From Candidatus Bathyarchaeia archaeon (GTDB taxonomy: Archaea > Thermoproteota > Bathyarchaeia > Bathyarchaeales > Bathycorpusculaceae): DNA of 64,000 nucleotides. Within the stretch, counting starts at the first letter, position 1; each line of letters starts with the position of its first letter. The notes under the pieces were generated by a model. That model did no database searches, was not told where the DNA came from, and worked only from the letters and a program-made list of their open reading frames with translations. This document shows, piece by piece, positions 9,045-18,749 of this stretch. The DNA lies in the NCBI GenBank assembly GCA_038882975.1, contig JAVZNE010000001.1:96001-160000 (forward strand). Reading direction: 5' to 3'. The translations under genes and the position numbers were made by a program.

Positions 9045-11414
9045 TTAGGCGATTACCTCCACCTTTGGAGGATGCTCAACAACAACCCACAAACCAACAC
9101 CATTCTTATAAATGAAGTCTGTGCCAGACTGAATCGTCACAACAGCTCCAAACCATGTGACATCGAGTGGAAACCTAAATGAGACTTGCCTAAGCCTTAT
9201 TGGAGAAAGCTCGACGGTTGTGCTCCTTTGCTGCACCTCTACTTGTACCTCGTATAACCTTTGAGAATCAGAATTGCTTCTGCTTTCAAGTTTTATGTAT
9301 CTGCCTTGAGCCTGAAACTGCCCGCTATTGACCCACCCATAACCGTCAATTCGCCCAGTCCATACTGCCGAACCCCAATTTTGGGGATCGTTGCTGACGT
9401 AGATGTTTATGCCGGCTGTGCTACCCCAATCATTGTCACCTTGGTAAATTCTTATCCTTGATATATTCATTGGCTCACCTAAGTCGTAGATTATCCAGTG
9501 GTAGCATGTTGAGCTGTGCCGCCAATAGGTTGAGGTGCTTCCATCTATAGAGTTCGCAGCGATATTGCTTCCGGATTCGCCGCATTTACTGTAAACTGTT
9601 TTAGGAATAATCCATTGTAGGCTCTGGATTGTTGCTACGTTTAAGACGCCGGTGCTTTGTCCTATAATTTTGTCAAAAAAGTAGAGGTTTTTGTTATTGA
9701 AGTCGTTAAAAATTATTCCAGCCCCGGAGCTACTTGTATAGTTATATTGGGTCCAATGGTGTTGCCACTTCCCATCAGAGAAATTGTAGAAGGCATAGCT
9801 ACCTACATATGTCTCATCTGCTAAGGGGATTCCATTGCTTGTACCGTTTTCAGTTAAAACCTTAAGTTTAGTTTTCCAATCGCTTGAAATTGTTATTGGG
9901 GTGAGGTTAGTTATTACCCTATCTTCCGGGCATGTTGAGGCGTTTACAAAAATCAGTCTTAAGGCGTATGTGTAATAGGTTGCGTTTGCCGGAAATGTCA
10001 GAACTATTTGGGCGTATGTGTTGGGAAAGCCCCAATTGTTGTAGCCTGACCATTCAGCCTCTTGCTGTATAATATCCCTCACAGTGCCGTTTATTATTGG
10101 GAATGATGGTGAAGCATAGAATTTCGCCGAATGCCCGTTTATCTGCATGAAGTCAGCTCTGCTTGTAGCAGTTTGAACGTAGAAAGTTCCACTACCGCTG
10201 TTGTAGGTTATGTTCACTTGAGTTAAACCGTTATTTAAGATGGCTACCGCTCCACCACCACTAGCACTTACTATTCTGTCATTAAAACTTCTCATGTTTG
10301 CGTAGGGTGTTTGTTGGGCATAGTCTCTTCCATCCCACCATATTGTCACATTTTTTATGTTGTGGTCTACTAGGAAGACTATCATGTTTCTGCTCGAAAA
10401 CAGTGTTTCACCGCTGCTCCTGCCAAGGGGAACTTTGTAGTTGGATGCCCAATCCTCAACTTGGAAGGGTATCTGTCTGGCTTCCAGATGGTTGGGATCT
10501 GCGTTTGCACTCACTCTTAGGCACTTAATTGGCAGTTGTGGGATGGGATATCCGTCTAGAAGTTTTTGTCCAAGCCATAGTATTGTCCCATTCTGGAGAA
10601 CTTCAACAACAATTTTATCGTTTCTTAGTTGGGTGTAGATACCTTGCATTCCAGTGGCGTTCCAGTCGAAAACATAAGTTATTTGGGGCTTTCTGCGTGT
10701 CGAATAAAAGCTGATGGTGATTATCCCTCTAGGATCTGAAACTTCCAGTAGGAAACATTTTTTGCCAACCACTTGGGGCGGTATACCTAAAAAGTATAGG
10801 TTGTTTTCAAACCAAGCACTTGAAGCTTGCTGCTTCATCCAGCTGGAAGTTACATTGTTATAGTAGTAGAATAGGAAGTTTTCTGCTGTTAGTCCAAGGT
10901 ATGGGCGATTTTCGTCAAGTGTGACGTTAACTTTAGCTGTGTTGTTTGTAACTTCAATTATTTCAACTCTTAAAGCACAGAAAGTATCATAGTTTATGTT
11001 GCTTAAGCGTAGGCTTAACAGGTCGTAGGATGCTTTAATATAGCCCATGCTGTAGCTGGAGGTTTCATACCAGCACACTGAAAAGTTCATGTCGGAAATT
11101 CTAATGGAAGGGTTAAACTCCGGATGGGAGTTAGCAATAAATTCAAAGCCACTGCTTAAATAATTGCGTGCTAAGCTTCGGGCAAAGGATGAGTTGCCAG
11201 TCACCTGCAGTACAGAGCAGTAATAGCCAACAGCGAACTCCAGCATCTGCTTCAAAGAGTTGTTAATTTCGTAAACTGATGATGAGACGTTGGTTTGCTC
11301 CTTGGGAAGTGAAAAGTTAATTATTGAGTATGTAACGGCAACGGCGGATATGAGAATTATGGCTAGCAAGGCGGCGGCAATTATTGAAAACTGCCCTTTA
11401 ACAGCACCATGCAT
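9045..11414 (-). CDS. Large pilin-like adhesin with F5/8 type C (discoidin)-like domain
   Basis: KG|QFSII class III signal. NSIDGSTSTYW...WIIYDLG...IYVSND...GRYIKL...LYEVQV is a discoidin signature. Confidence 0.75.
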   Translation of the reverse strand: MHGAVKGQFSIIAAALLAIILISAVAVTYSIINFSLPKEQTNVSSSVYEINNSLKQMLEFAVGYYCSVLQVTGNSSFARSLARNYLSSGFEFIANSHPEFNPSIRISDMNFSVCWYETSSYSMGYIKASYDLLSLRLSNINYDTFCALRVEIIEVTNNTAKVNVTLDENRPYLGLTAENFLFYYYNNVTSSWMKQQASSAWFENNLYFLGIPPQVVGKKCFLLEVSDPRGIITISFYSTRRKPQITYVFDWNATGMQGIYTQLRNDKIVVEVLQNGTILWLGQKLLDGYPIPQLPIKCLRVSANADPNHLEARQIPFQVEDWASNYKVPLGRSSGETLFSSRNMIVFLVDHNIKNVTIWWDGRDYAQQTPYANMRSFNDRIVSASGGGAVAILNNGLTQVNITYNSGSGTFYVQTATSRADFMQINGHSAKFYASPSFPIINGTVRDIIQQEAEWSGYNNWGFPNTYAQIVLTFPANATYYTYALRLIFVNASTCPEDRVITNLTPITISSDWKTKLKVLTENGTSNGIPLADETYVGSYAFYNFSDGKWQHHWTQYNYTSSSGAGIIFNDFNNKNLYFFDKIIGQSTGVLNVATIQSLQWIIPKTVYSKCGESGSNIAANSIDGSTSTYWRHSSTCYHWIIYDLGEPMNISRIRIYQGDNDWGSTAGINIYVSNDPQNWGSAVWTGRIDGYGWVNSGQFQAQGRYIKLESRSNSDSQRLYEVQVEVQQRSTTVELSPIRLRQVSFRFPLDVTWFGAVVTIQSGTDFIYKNGVGLWVVVEHPPKVEVIA

Positions 11415-11415
11415 T

Positions 11416-12759
11416 TTATACGCCTCCTAAAGCCGCCAGCTGTAAGATTATAAGCCTAGACTTTCCCGGAGCGGTGAAAGTTTCTTTGAAAATGTTCGGC
11501 TTGTAGTATATCAGAAGGGCTAGGGCGGCTATTCTAATGTCTGGTGTTCGTGTCAAGCCTATGGCTATTAAGGCGCCTTTCCCGCTGTTATGCCTGAAAG
11601 TTGCAGCAGCATAATACCCATAAACCGGATTGAAAATAGGAGCATACACTCCAAGGTTATATCGGCTTGTAATGCTGTTTGGTGCTCCTGGACCTGGAAG
11701 CGCTCTGCTTGCGCTCTGTTTTGACGCTGGATAAATCCCATAATAGTTAGTGCGATAGTAAGTTTCTGATGTAAATTGGACTTGTACGCCGTAATCTGCT
11801 GTTATATCTTTTGTTATCCATGTTGAGTCGGAGGCATAGTTCTCATTGTTTAATCCACGTAGAAAGGCGTTTAATCCCGGCGCTCCAACACTAACTATTC
11901 CGTATATTCCATAGCCGTTTTGTATATTGTAAAATCTAACGGTGTTTGTTACGTAAAAGAATGGGTAGCCAACTATGCTGATCCATTTCCAGTTATATTG
12001 CCTAACTTTTCTGCCCAATGTATAGCAGTAGCGTGCATAACCTCCACTTGAAGAGTAACCGTCGCCCTGCCGTGAGTAGCCTTGAGTATACTCTATGGGG
12101 ATTGGCACAACCTCACCGAAAGTGTTTATTATTATGGCGTCTGTGACGCTTTCTGCCGGGTTTGTTGTTAGCTTCGTTCCATCCAGCAAGCTGAGAAGCT
12201 GAGCAGTGCTGTTTACGAGTATTATTGTTTCGAAATATGGCTTAAGAAGGTTGTAGACGTCTTGGGCTAGCATTTGCGCCGTATAGCCAGTAATCCACCA
12301 TCCGTTGGCGTCGGCGCAATTCAATATATATAATGTTAGGTTTTTGCCACCTTCCGAAATTTTCTGGGCAACAGTCTTGTAGGTGACGTCTGGAGAACTA
12401 ACCATGTATGATACGGATTCGGTGAAGGAGACACGCCCAACGGTGTTGGAAATGGTTTTAACAGGAACATAAACTCCGTTTTCGGTAATTTCATAAACCG
12501 TTAGGTTGTAGGCTATGTGGGGCGGGAGACTTGCCGAAAGAACCGTTTGGAGCTCATTCCATTTGCCGTCGTCGTTGGAGAAGGCAACCTCACTTAAATA
12601 TCCACCAGTGTCAAGGTTTTTGACAACCGTAAGGGCTAAAGCCCTAAGATTAAGCGGAGAAACAGCCCTAGGCGAAGGAAGAACTATAAGGTAAGAGGCT
12701 ATGAAAAAAGCTGACAGCATTATAATAATAACAATTACGGATTCAATAGTCCTCATCAT
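11416..12759 (-). CDS. Pilin-like accessory protein
   Basis: N-terminal RTIE plus hydrophobic helix; lies in the T4P operon, 1 nt from the next gene. Confidence 0.65.
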   Translation of the reverse strand: MMRTIESVIVIIIMLSAFFIASYLIVLPSPRAVSPLNLRALALTVVKNLDTGGYLSEVAFSNDDGKWNELQTVLSASLPPHIAYNLTVYEITENGVYVPVKTISNTVGRVSFTESVSYMVSSPDVTYKTVAQKISEGGKNLTLYILNCADANGWWITGYTAQMLAQDVYNLLKPYFETIILVNSTAQLLSLLDGTKLTTNPAESVTDAIIINTFGEVVPIPIEYTQGYSRQGDGYSSSGGYARYCYTLGRKVRQYNWKWISIVGYPFFYVTNTVRFYNIQNGYGIYGIVSVGAPGLNAFLRGLNNENYASDSTWITKDITADYGVQVQFTSETYYRTNYYGIYPASKQSASRALPGPGAPNSITSRYNLGVYAPIFNPVYGYYAAATFRHNSGKGALIAIGLTRTPDIRIAALALLIYYKPNIFKETFTAPGKSRLIILQLAALGGV

Positions 12760-12766
12760 GGTTTAT

Positions 12767-14008
12767 TCACCACCTATACCCAACCACCTGATAGCCCGTC
12801 AAACTCCAAAGGGCAAGCTTCGCCAGATAGGGGACACCACCAATCAAAACATGCCTAACATCAGTGGCAACCCATTCCCAACCATAAGGGTCACCACCAA
12901 ACTCCACACTAAAACTTAAAGACTGAACCATCCAAGGCATAATACTAACACCATACTCATCGGTATCATCTTTATAGCAGAAAACAACGAGGATCCCGGG
13001 TCTACTAAGATATCCCCCTGGAATTTGCGTTTCATTGAAGAATTTACCACCCTTACCAGAGGCGTAGTTTACATGGCCAACGCTCAAAACTGCGCCATTA
13101 TCCAAAGCCCATTCATTATCCAAGGCATAATACGTGGCGTTGTAATGCAAAGCAGCCATATTATTAGTCACTCTTACAGGGTAAGGATGCACCAAAAGCA
13201 AACTACCATTTGTCGTACTTTTAATAAATGGGATGACATGCGCAGCAGTTGTCCATGGATCCTTACACTTGTAGCCAATGCAAGTAAAATCTGCAAACTT
13301 AACATGTACGATAATCACATAATTTAAAGAGACGTTTAGATTTGGGTCTTCACTCCTTGAAAAGGTGAAGTAGGCTTCCCCTTTTCCATCGGTTTCATTA
13401 CGCAGAAGTTGAGCATACTTCTTAACTTTAGGGATATTGTCATCGACTCCAGTAACGTAGAGGAGGGTGCATTTAACCTCTGCACCCTCAATAGGTGAAC
13501 TAAAACTCCTAACGACAACCCTGACGTCCAAAGACGTCCCATCATGTTCTTGATTTTCAAACGTCACTTGAATTATTGGGTTTAAGGAGAGTCTGAAGCC
13601 GTACATCCTCTCTAAGCCAAGCAACTCTTGAGCTGTCTCATAATCAACACATTCGCTTGCCGGAACAAGCAAATAGCCGCCGAAGCCATCAGTTATGTTG
13701 CTATATTTTATTCCAGAGTCGGGTGGAAACTCCACCAATGGACCCGTTGCGGACAACAGTCTCATTACCAGGTAGGGGTCTAGGGTGTAGGGTTCAAGGT
13801 TGTAATCGCCTAACCCAAAAACTCCTGGCATATCGCCAAAGCTAAGCAATATATTGTCTAGGGTGTCGCTGCATTTAGTTGCGAGGTGCATGTGAAACTG
13901 GTAGAGGAGGGCATCGTGCATCACCTGCCCAAATAAGCCCATGAAAAGGGTGAAAGCCACTATGAGGACGGTTGTTGCGACCAGATGGTCAATGGTTGCG
14001 CTTACCAT
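12767..14008 (-). CDS. Pilin-like accessory protein
   Basis: Start reassigned to ATG 14008 after GGAGGTG. MVSATIDH plus hydrophobic helix; T4P operon. Confidence 0.65.
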   Translation of the reverse strand: MVSATIDHLVATTVLIVAFTLFMGLFGQVMHDALLYQFHMHLATKCSDTLDNILLSFGDMPGVFGLGDYNLEPYTLDPYLVMRLLSATGPLVEFPPDSGIKYSNITDGFGGYLLVPASECVDYETAQELLGLERMYGFRLSLNPIIQVTFENQEHDGTSLDVRVVVRSFSSPIEGAEVKCTLLYVTGVDDNIPKVKKYAQLLRNETDGKGEAYFTFSRSEDPNLNVSLNYVIIVHVKFADFTCIGYKCKDPWTTAAHVIPFIKSTTNGSLLLVHPYPVRVTNNMAALHYNATYYALDNEWALDNGAVLSVGHVNYASGKGGKFFNETQIPGGYLSRPGILVVFCYKDDTDEYGVSIMPWMVQSLSFSVEFGGDPYGWEWVATDVRHVLIGGVPYLAKLALWSLTGYQVVGYRW

Positions 14009-14009
14009 T

Positions 14010-14489
14010 TTAGCCACCTCCAAAACGGAAATGAAAAGCACCGCTTGAATCCTTTGTCACCTCAACAAAAGCACTTGTAGAGTTGCTAACAAAAACAGAA
14101 TTTGAATCCCAGCTCACATTGGGTCCAAGAGTGGCATAAGCTGTCACCCTAATGTTTAATTTAGCAACTGTTAAGCTGATATTCAGCCTAGCAGCTCCAC
14201 CCTCCCTTATGGGCGTCAACTCCCCCCTCGCAACATAATAGTATCCATCAATATACTTTGGCAAGCCAGGATCAAAGGTCACGGTGCCGGGCGGAATTGA
14301 CTCATGGTTTAGGGAGAAGTATAGCTGCTGAATTGAGCTTGCCAAACGGCTGGCAGCCGTCTCAGCTGTCAGCCTCCTCGTAGATTCAACATAAATGTTC
14401 GATAGAGTGATTGCCATTAACGGGAAAAGAAATATCTGAGCTATCAAAATTGGAATCAAGATTACATATTCAATTGTCACATGCGGCAT
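14010..14489 (-). CDS. Minor pilin-like protein (TadE-like N-terminus)
   Basis: Start ATG 14489 after GGGAGG. MPHVTIEYVILIP plus hydrophobic helix. Confidence 0.65.
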   Translation of the reverse strand: MPHVTIEYVILIPILIAQIFLFPLMAITLSNIYVESTRRLTAETAASRLASSIQQLYFSLNHESIPPGTVTFDPGLPKYIDGYYYVARGELTPIREGGAARLNISLTVAKLNIRVTAYATLGPNVSWDSNSVFVSNSTSAFVEVTKDSSGAFHFRFGGG

Positions 14490-14504
14490 GTTCAATCCTC
14501 CCTT

Positions 14505-15359
14505 TTACGGATTAACACCAACCGCAACCTCCACTCTTCCCAAATAGAAAACAACTGTTGAAAAGCCGCCCAGATCGATTTCTTTATTAACAATCGTGTT
14601 TGGACCTTGAGGCGACTTCACAAAGAACCCAGCGCCATAGGCCGAAGAAGTCGTTACAAGAATCCTTATCTTTGTCGCATTCTTCGCATCCGAAAAGATT
14701 TGCTTGGAAGTGAATGTCACTGTTGGATTGTTCCCTCTAAAACTGGATTCATACAAAATTGGAAGGTACAGCCTATACTGCTTTTTCCCAGAAATGTTTG
14801 CCTCAACAATCCTTACACAAGGATTCAAAACCAGCCTCACAAAAGAGCCTGTTGACAGCTTTTCAACAGCATAAACCCTCGCAACCGATGCATTTGCTCC
14901 ACTAAATATAAGACTGTCAAGTGTGGCATCAGCTGGGTATATTAACTCCATATATCCATCGTACATGCTGTGTCTTGAAATGGGCATGTTATATGCAAGA
15001 ACGCCTGAAACATAAGAACCGAGGCGATACTCACCAGATGCATTCCTAAAATAGATTGTAAAATTAAGCATGTTAGGTAAAAAACTCATGCTTCCATAAC
15101 TCCTTGAATATCGAAAAGTCTGAGTGCGCCACGGAACCCATGCAATATCATCTATTTGGACTGCCGCTGCCTGCATAAACTGCCTGACAGAGGAAAATTC
15201 GTTTTCTGCAATTTTTGAATCACGAAGATTAATGGCGAAGTTCATAGCCACCAGTACAAGCACCACCACCGCTCCAGTAAGAATTACGGATGAAATTGCC
15301 GGACTGACGGCTTTTCCATTCCTTTTCAGTCCAACATTTTTATGATAGTTAAACCTCAA
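14505..15359 (-). CDS. Minor pilin-like protein with class III signal peptide
   Basis: KRNGKA|VSPAISSVILTGAVVVLVLVA. Confidence 0.75.
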   Translation of the reverse strand: MRFNYHKNVGLKRNGKAVSPAISSVILTGAVVVLVLVAMNFAINLRDSKIAENEFSSVRQFMQAAAVQIDDIAWVPWRTQTFRYSRSYGSMSFLPNMLNFTIYFRNASGEYRLGSYVSGVLAYNMPISRHSMYDGYMELIYPADATLDSLIFSGANASVARVYAVEKLSTGSFVRLVLNPCVRIVEANISGKKQYRLYLPILYESSFRGNNPTVTFTSKQIFSDAKNATKIRILVTTSSAYGAGFFVKSPQGPNTIVNKEIDLGGFSTVVFYLGRVEVAVGVNP

Positions 15360-17084
15360 TTATCCTCCTCCCGTAGATCCTAGGAGCATAGGCACGAGTT
15401 CCGCGGCTAGAGCGGCTATTATTACCAGTATGGCGGCGTGTTTAAAGCCTGCGGCCACAGATTCCTCGCTTATTTTGCCAGCCACTATGCCTATCAAATA
15501 GCTGTGGAAAATCACAGCTGTGGTGAAAACAATTTTTATGCCCGTCATATCTGATGCTGGACTGCCTCCGGCAACTTGCTGTGTGGCGGTGGCAAAGTTT
15601 AGCATCATAACAGTTGTTGCCACCAAGAGAATTGCGGCGAAGTAGGGCATCATCATGTAGGGGCGTGTGGCCATCTTCTTCTCCTTCTCAACCTCCTGCG
15701 TCAGGTTGTTAAACCTTGCAAGAGATTCTATCATGGCTATTGTACCGCCACCCACATCTATCGTTTCTACAAGAAGGAACATGACAAGCTGGGCTAGCCA
15801 GCTTTTCGTGCGCTTAACAAAGTCCATAATAACCTTCCTAACGGGAACACCCCATGAGATTTCTGAGCTTATTTTACGCAGTTCCTTGCTGAAAACTCCA
15901 TAATCACGGTTTGATAGGCTTTCTATGCATTTCTCCGGCGACAAGCCAGTCTTCCTAACCTCTGTCAAGTCCCTCAGGAAGCTGTTGATTCCCTGCTCCA
16001 TGCTTGCCCTATAACTGCTAACCTTATGGTAAACTATGGCTGCAGGAGCTGTCATAACGAAGAGGGCTATTGCTATAGCCGTCGGCAAGTCTACAAGTTT
16101 TTGGATCAGGCTGAGAAACGGAACTTCTATAAGACCTAAGAAGTTGGTCAGCAATAATAGCAATATTATACCGAATATGCTGCATATTCCGAAAACCTTG
16201 TAGGGGCGCATGTCAACAACTGGTGTTTTCGGCTGCATGCTGTGCGCCAAATAAATGAAGACCAGCGAAAGCATAGGCGTGAATATGTATGTATAAAGGA
16301 TTATGCCAGACTGCATTGAAACTCCTCCGCCTCCACCACTAACGCCTGGCATGCTTTCCACGGCGAAGAGAATGAAGAAGCACATGGACATTAGAACCAT
16401 GACGATTATGAAGGTTTCTAGGAGCATTCCAAGCCTTTCGGCAGCAGCCTTAACACGCATAGCCCTAGTCTTGAAGATGTCCTCAGCCTTTCTCTCAAGG
16501 AAGTGTCCAATGTCCCCGCCTATTATGACTGTTGAGGCGTAGCCAGCCAAAAAGTCTTTAAAAATATCCAAGGGGTTTCTCTTAGCCGCGTTTTCAATCG
16601 CTGTCAATGGGTCTATTCCGAAGATTTCCACGTCCTTTATTATTTCTCTGGCTTCGCTCCGCATGGCTGGCATCAGCTCAACTTCGGTTAACCGCTTAAA
16701 ACTCGTGTATGGTGCTATGCCACCGGAAGCCATAACGCTGATGTAGGCGGCTACGAAGGGCATCTCTCTTTCCAAGTTTGCAGCTCTCTCACCAGCCTTT
16801 GACAATGGTATTAGGAAAAATCCTATCATCACATAAATTGGAAATGGAACGAGGAATATTGCTGGCAGAAAACCGAAAAAGTACAATACTATTATAGATA
16901 TTATGGTTACTGGTATTGTTAGAACCGATACAAAAAGCATCAGTGAAACATAGGTTTCAGGGTAAATTTTGATTTTCGCCCTTTCCAAATAGTCTTTGAA
17001 CTCAACAACATGCCTTAGAAAGAAGGGTGCTGCCCTTCCGAAAATGCGGAATGACCATGCCTCAAGGGTTTCTAGAAACGGCAA
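15360..17084 (-). CDS. Type IV pilus/T2SS F-family membrane platform protein (TadC/FlaJ-like, two domains)
   Basis: Two T2SSF repeats (EREMPF...ASGG...; FLRDLTEVRKTGLS...) and multiple TMs. Confidence 0.92.
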   Translation of the reverse strand: MPFLETLEAWSFRIFGRAAPFFLRHVVEFKDYLERAKIKIYPETYVSLMLFVSVLTIPVTIISIIVLYFFGFLPAIFLVPFPIYVMIGFFLIPLSKAGERAANLEREMPFVAAYISVMASGGIAPYTSFKRLTEVELMPAMRSEAREIIKDVEIFGIDPLTAIENAAKRNPLDIFKDFLAGYASTVIIGGDIGHFLERKAEDIFKTRAMRVKAAAERLGMLLETFIIVMVLMSMCFFILFAVESMPGVSGGGGGVSMQSGIILYTYIFTPMLSLVFIYLAHSMQPKTPVVDMRPYKVFGICSIFGIILLLLLTNFLGLIEVPFLSLIQKLVDLPTAIAIALFVMTAPAAIVYHKVSSYRASMEQGINSFLRDLTEVRKTGLSPEKCIESLSNRDYGVFSKELRKISSEISWGVPVRKVIMDFVKRTKSWLAQLVMFLLVETIDVGGGTIAMIESLARFNNLTQEVEKEKKMATRPYMMMPYFAAILLVATTVMMLNFATATQQVAGGSPASDMTGIKIVFTTAVIFHSYLIGIVAGKISEESVAAGFKHAAILVIIAALAAELVPMLLGSTGGG

Positions 17085-18690
17085 CAGCCTTCACCTCCTC
17101 CCCTGCGAGAACCTTCTCATAGAACTGTTTTGGACGAGCATAGTATTCAGCTATTATTGCGGCTACGTCTCTGTAGCTTCTTATGTTGCGTTCCCGCATC
17201 CAGTGCAGAATCTGTTTGCGCCTATCAATTTCCTCCAGCAAGTCCTTCTTGCTTAAGCCTAAACGCTCTGAAATCCCAGCCAGCATTATGCTCTTGTTCA
17301 GCGATGGCAAGTGCTCATCTTTCACTGGGTGCCACTTGAACGTGCATCGGTAATCCTCGTAGTCCGCTATCTCGTTAACGTTCATTACACGCCTGTAGGC
17401 TTTCCTCTCGCCGGACTTTTGCAAGTGCACCCTCTGCACTGACAAGACAATGTTCATCAGTGGAATGTAGGCCGGCGCAATGTCCATTGGCTTCTGGGTT
17501 AAACGTTTTATGGCAGAGTCTAGGTTTTCAGCGTGCATTGTGCACATGCCGCCGTGACCAGTGGCAAGCGCTTGGAAAAGCACGTAGGCTTCTTGTCCCC
17601 TAACCTCGCCCACTATGAGCACGTCTGGGCGATGCCTCATAGAGGTTTTAACGAGGTCGAAGAGGGTTACCTCGCCAACGCTGCTTCCGCCAAGCCCATA
17701 ACTTTGTCTGGCTATTAGGGAAACCCAGTTTTCGTGGGGGAGGTTAAGCTCCGCCGTCTCCTCTATAGTTATTATTTTGCTTCCAGGCCTGATCAAGCAT
17801 GCCAAAGCGTTTAGGGCTGTTGTTTTCCCGGCTGCCGTTCCTCCCAAAACCATTATGGAGGCTCTGTTTTCTAGGCACAGCCAGAAGTAGGCGGCCATCT
17901 CCTCGGAAAATGTGCCGAGGTTTATGAGGTCTACTATTGAGTAGGGGTCCTCCCTAAACTTCCTAATTGTGAAGGCTGTGCCGAAGGGCGTAATTTCACG
18001 CCTATAACAGACTGCAAGCCTATGCTTCCCGGGAAGTGAGGCATCTACAATTGGGAAGGCTGAGCTTACGTGTTTGCCAGCCATGTGGACAAGCTTAACA
18101 ACCATGTTGTCAAGTTCTTCGTCGTTTTCAAATTCCAGGTTTGTCTCAATGCTCTCGTAGTTTCTGTGCCAAACATATACTGGCTTGTTCACACCGTCAC
18201 ATGAAATATCCTCAATGTTTGGGTCCCGCATCAGTGGGTCGATTCTCCCAAAACCTACAAGGTCTCTCTCGGCGTGATAGAGAATCTTGTACCATGAAAC
18301 GTCTGGAAGCCATCCTAGGCTTATGCGGTACTTGTCAACAATCTTTTTTGCTTCTTCGGCGAAGAACTTTCTCGGGTCTAATATTTCCTCTTTAGGAGAC
18401 TCTATTTCGGCGAGGAGTATCTCAAGGATGCGGTTGTAAACACTCCTTTCCAATGGGTCGAGCTGCAACTCGTCTAGAATGTACTTGTACTCGCCGGTTT
18501 TTGGATTTTGAACTATGGCTACGTGGGCGAAGGGTTCGTAGAGCGGGTATCTCTCCACAACTTTGAAGCCTTTTGGGATCGGCTTTGGCGGGGGCGGTGG
18601 GATAGCCACTTTTTTGGGCTTTCCAATGTTGACTTTTATCCTTATTTTCTTGATTTTTGCGAGTTTTTCTTTGAGGCGTAGTTTGGTCAT
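17062..18690 (-). CDS. Type II/IV secretion ATPase (FlaI/VirB11/TadA-like)
   Basis: DPNIEDISCDG, Walker A GGTAAGKTT, TIEETAEL, RHRPDVLIVGEVRG and TGHGGMCTMHA motifs. Confidence 0.95.
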   Translation of the reverse strand: MTKLRLKEKLAKIKKIRIKVNIGKPKKVAIPPPPPKPIPKGFKVVERYPLYEPFAHVAIVQNPKTGEYKYILDELQLDPLERSVYNRILEILLAEIESPKEEILDPRKFFAEEAKKIVDKYRISLGWLPDVSWYKILYHAERDLVGFGRIDPLMRDPNIEDISCDGVNKPVYVWHRNYESIETNLEFENDEELDNMVVKLVHMAGKHVSSAFPIVDASLPGKHRLAVCYRREITPFGTAFTIRKFREDPYSIVDLINLGTFSEEMAAYFWLCLENRASIMVLGGTAAGKTTALNALACLIRPGSKIITIEETAELNLPHENWVSLIARQSYGLGGSSVGEVTLFDLVKTSMRHRPDVLIVGEVRGQEAYVLFQALATGHGGMCTMHAENLDSAIKRLTQKPMDIAPAYIPLMNIVLSVQRVHLQKSGERKAYRRVMNVNEIADYEDYRCTFKWHPVKDEHLPSLNKSIMLAGISERLGLSKKDLLEEIDRRKQILHWMRERNIRSYRDVAAIIAEYYARPKQFYEKVLAGEEVKAVAVSRNP

Positions 18691-18749
18691 GTGTCTTCTC
18701 CTGTACTTATGTTATATATCTATACACTTTGGTTATTAAATATTACGTC

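Noticed and set aside
7597-18690. Archaellum (motility) operon
   Set aside because: No FlaH/FlaF/FlaG or archaellin-type sequence and no chemotaxis genes were recognised.
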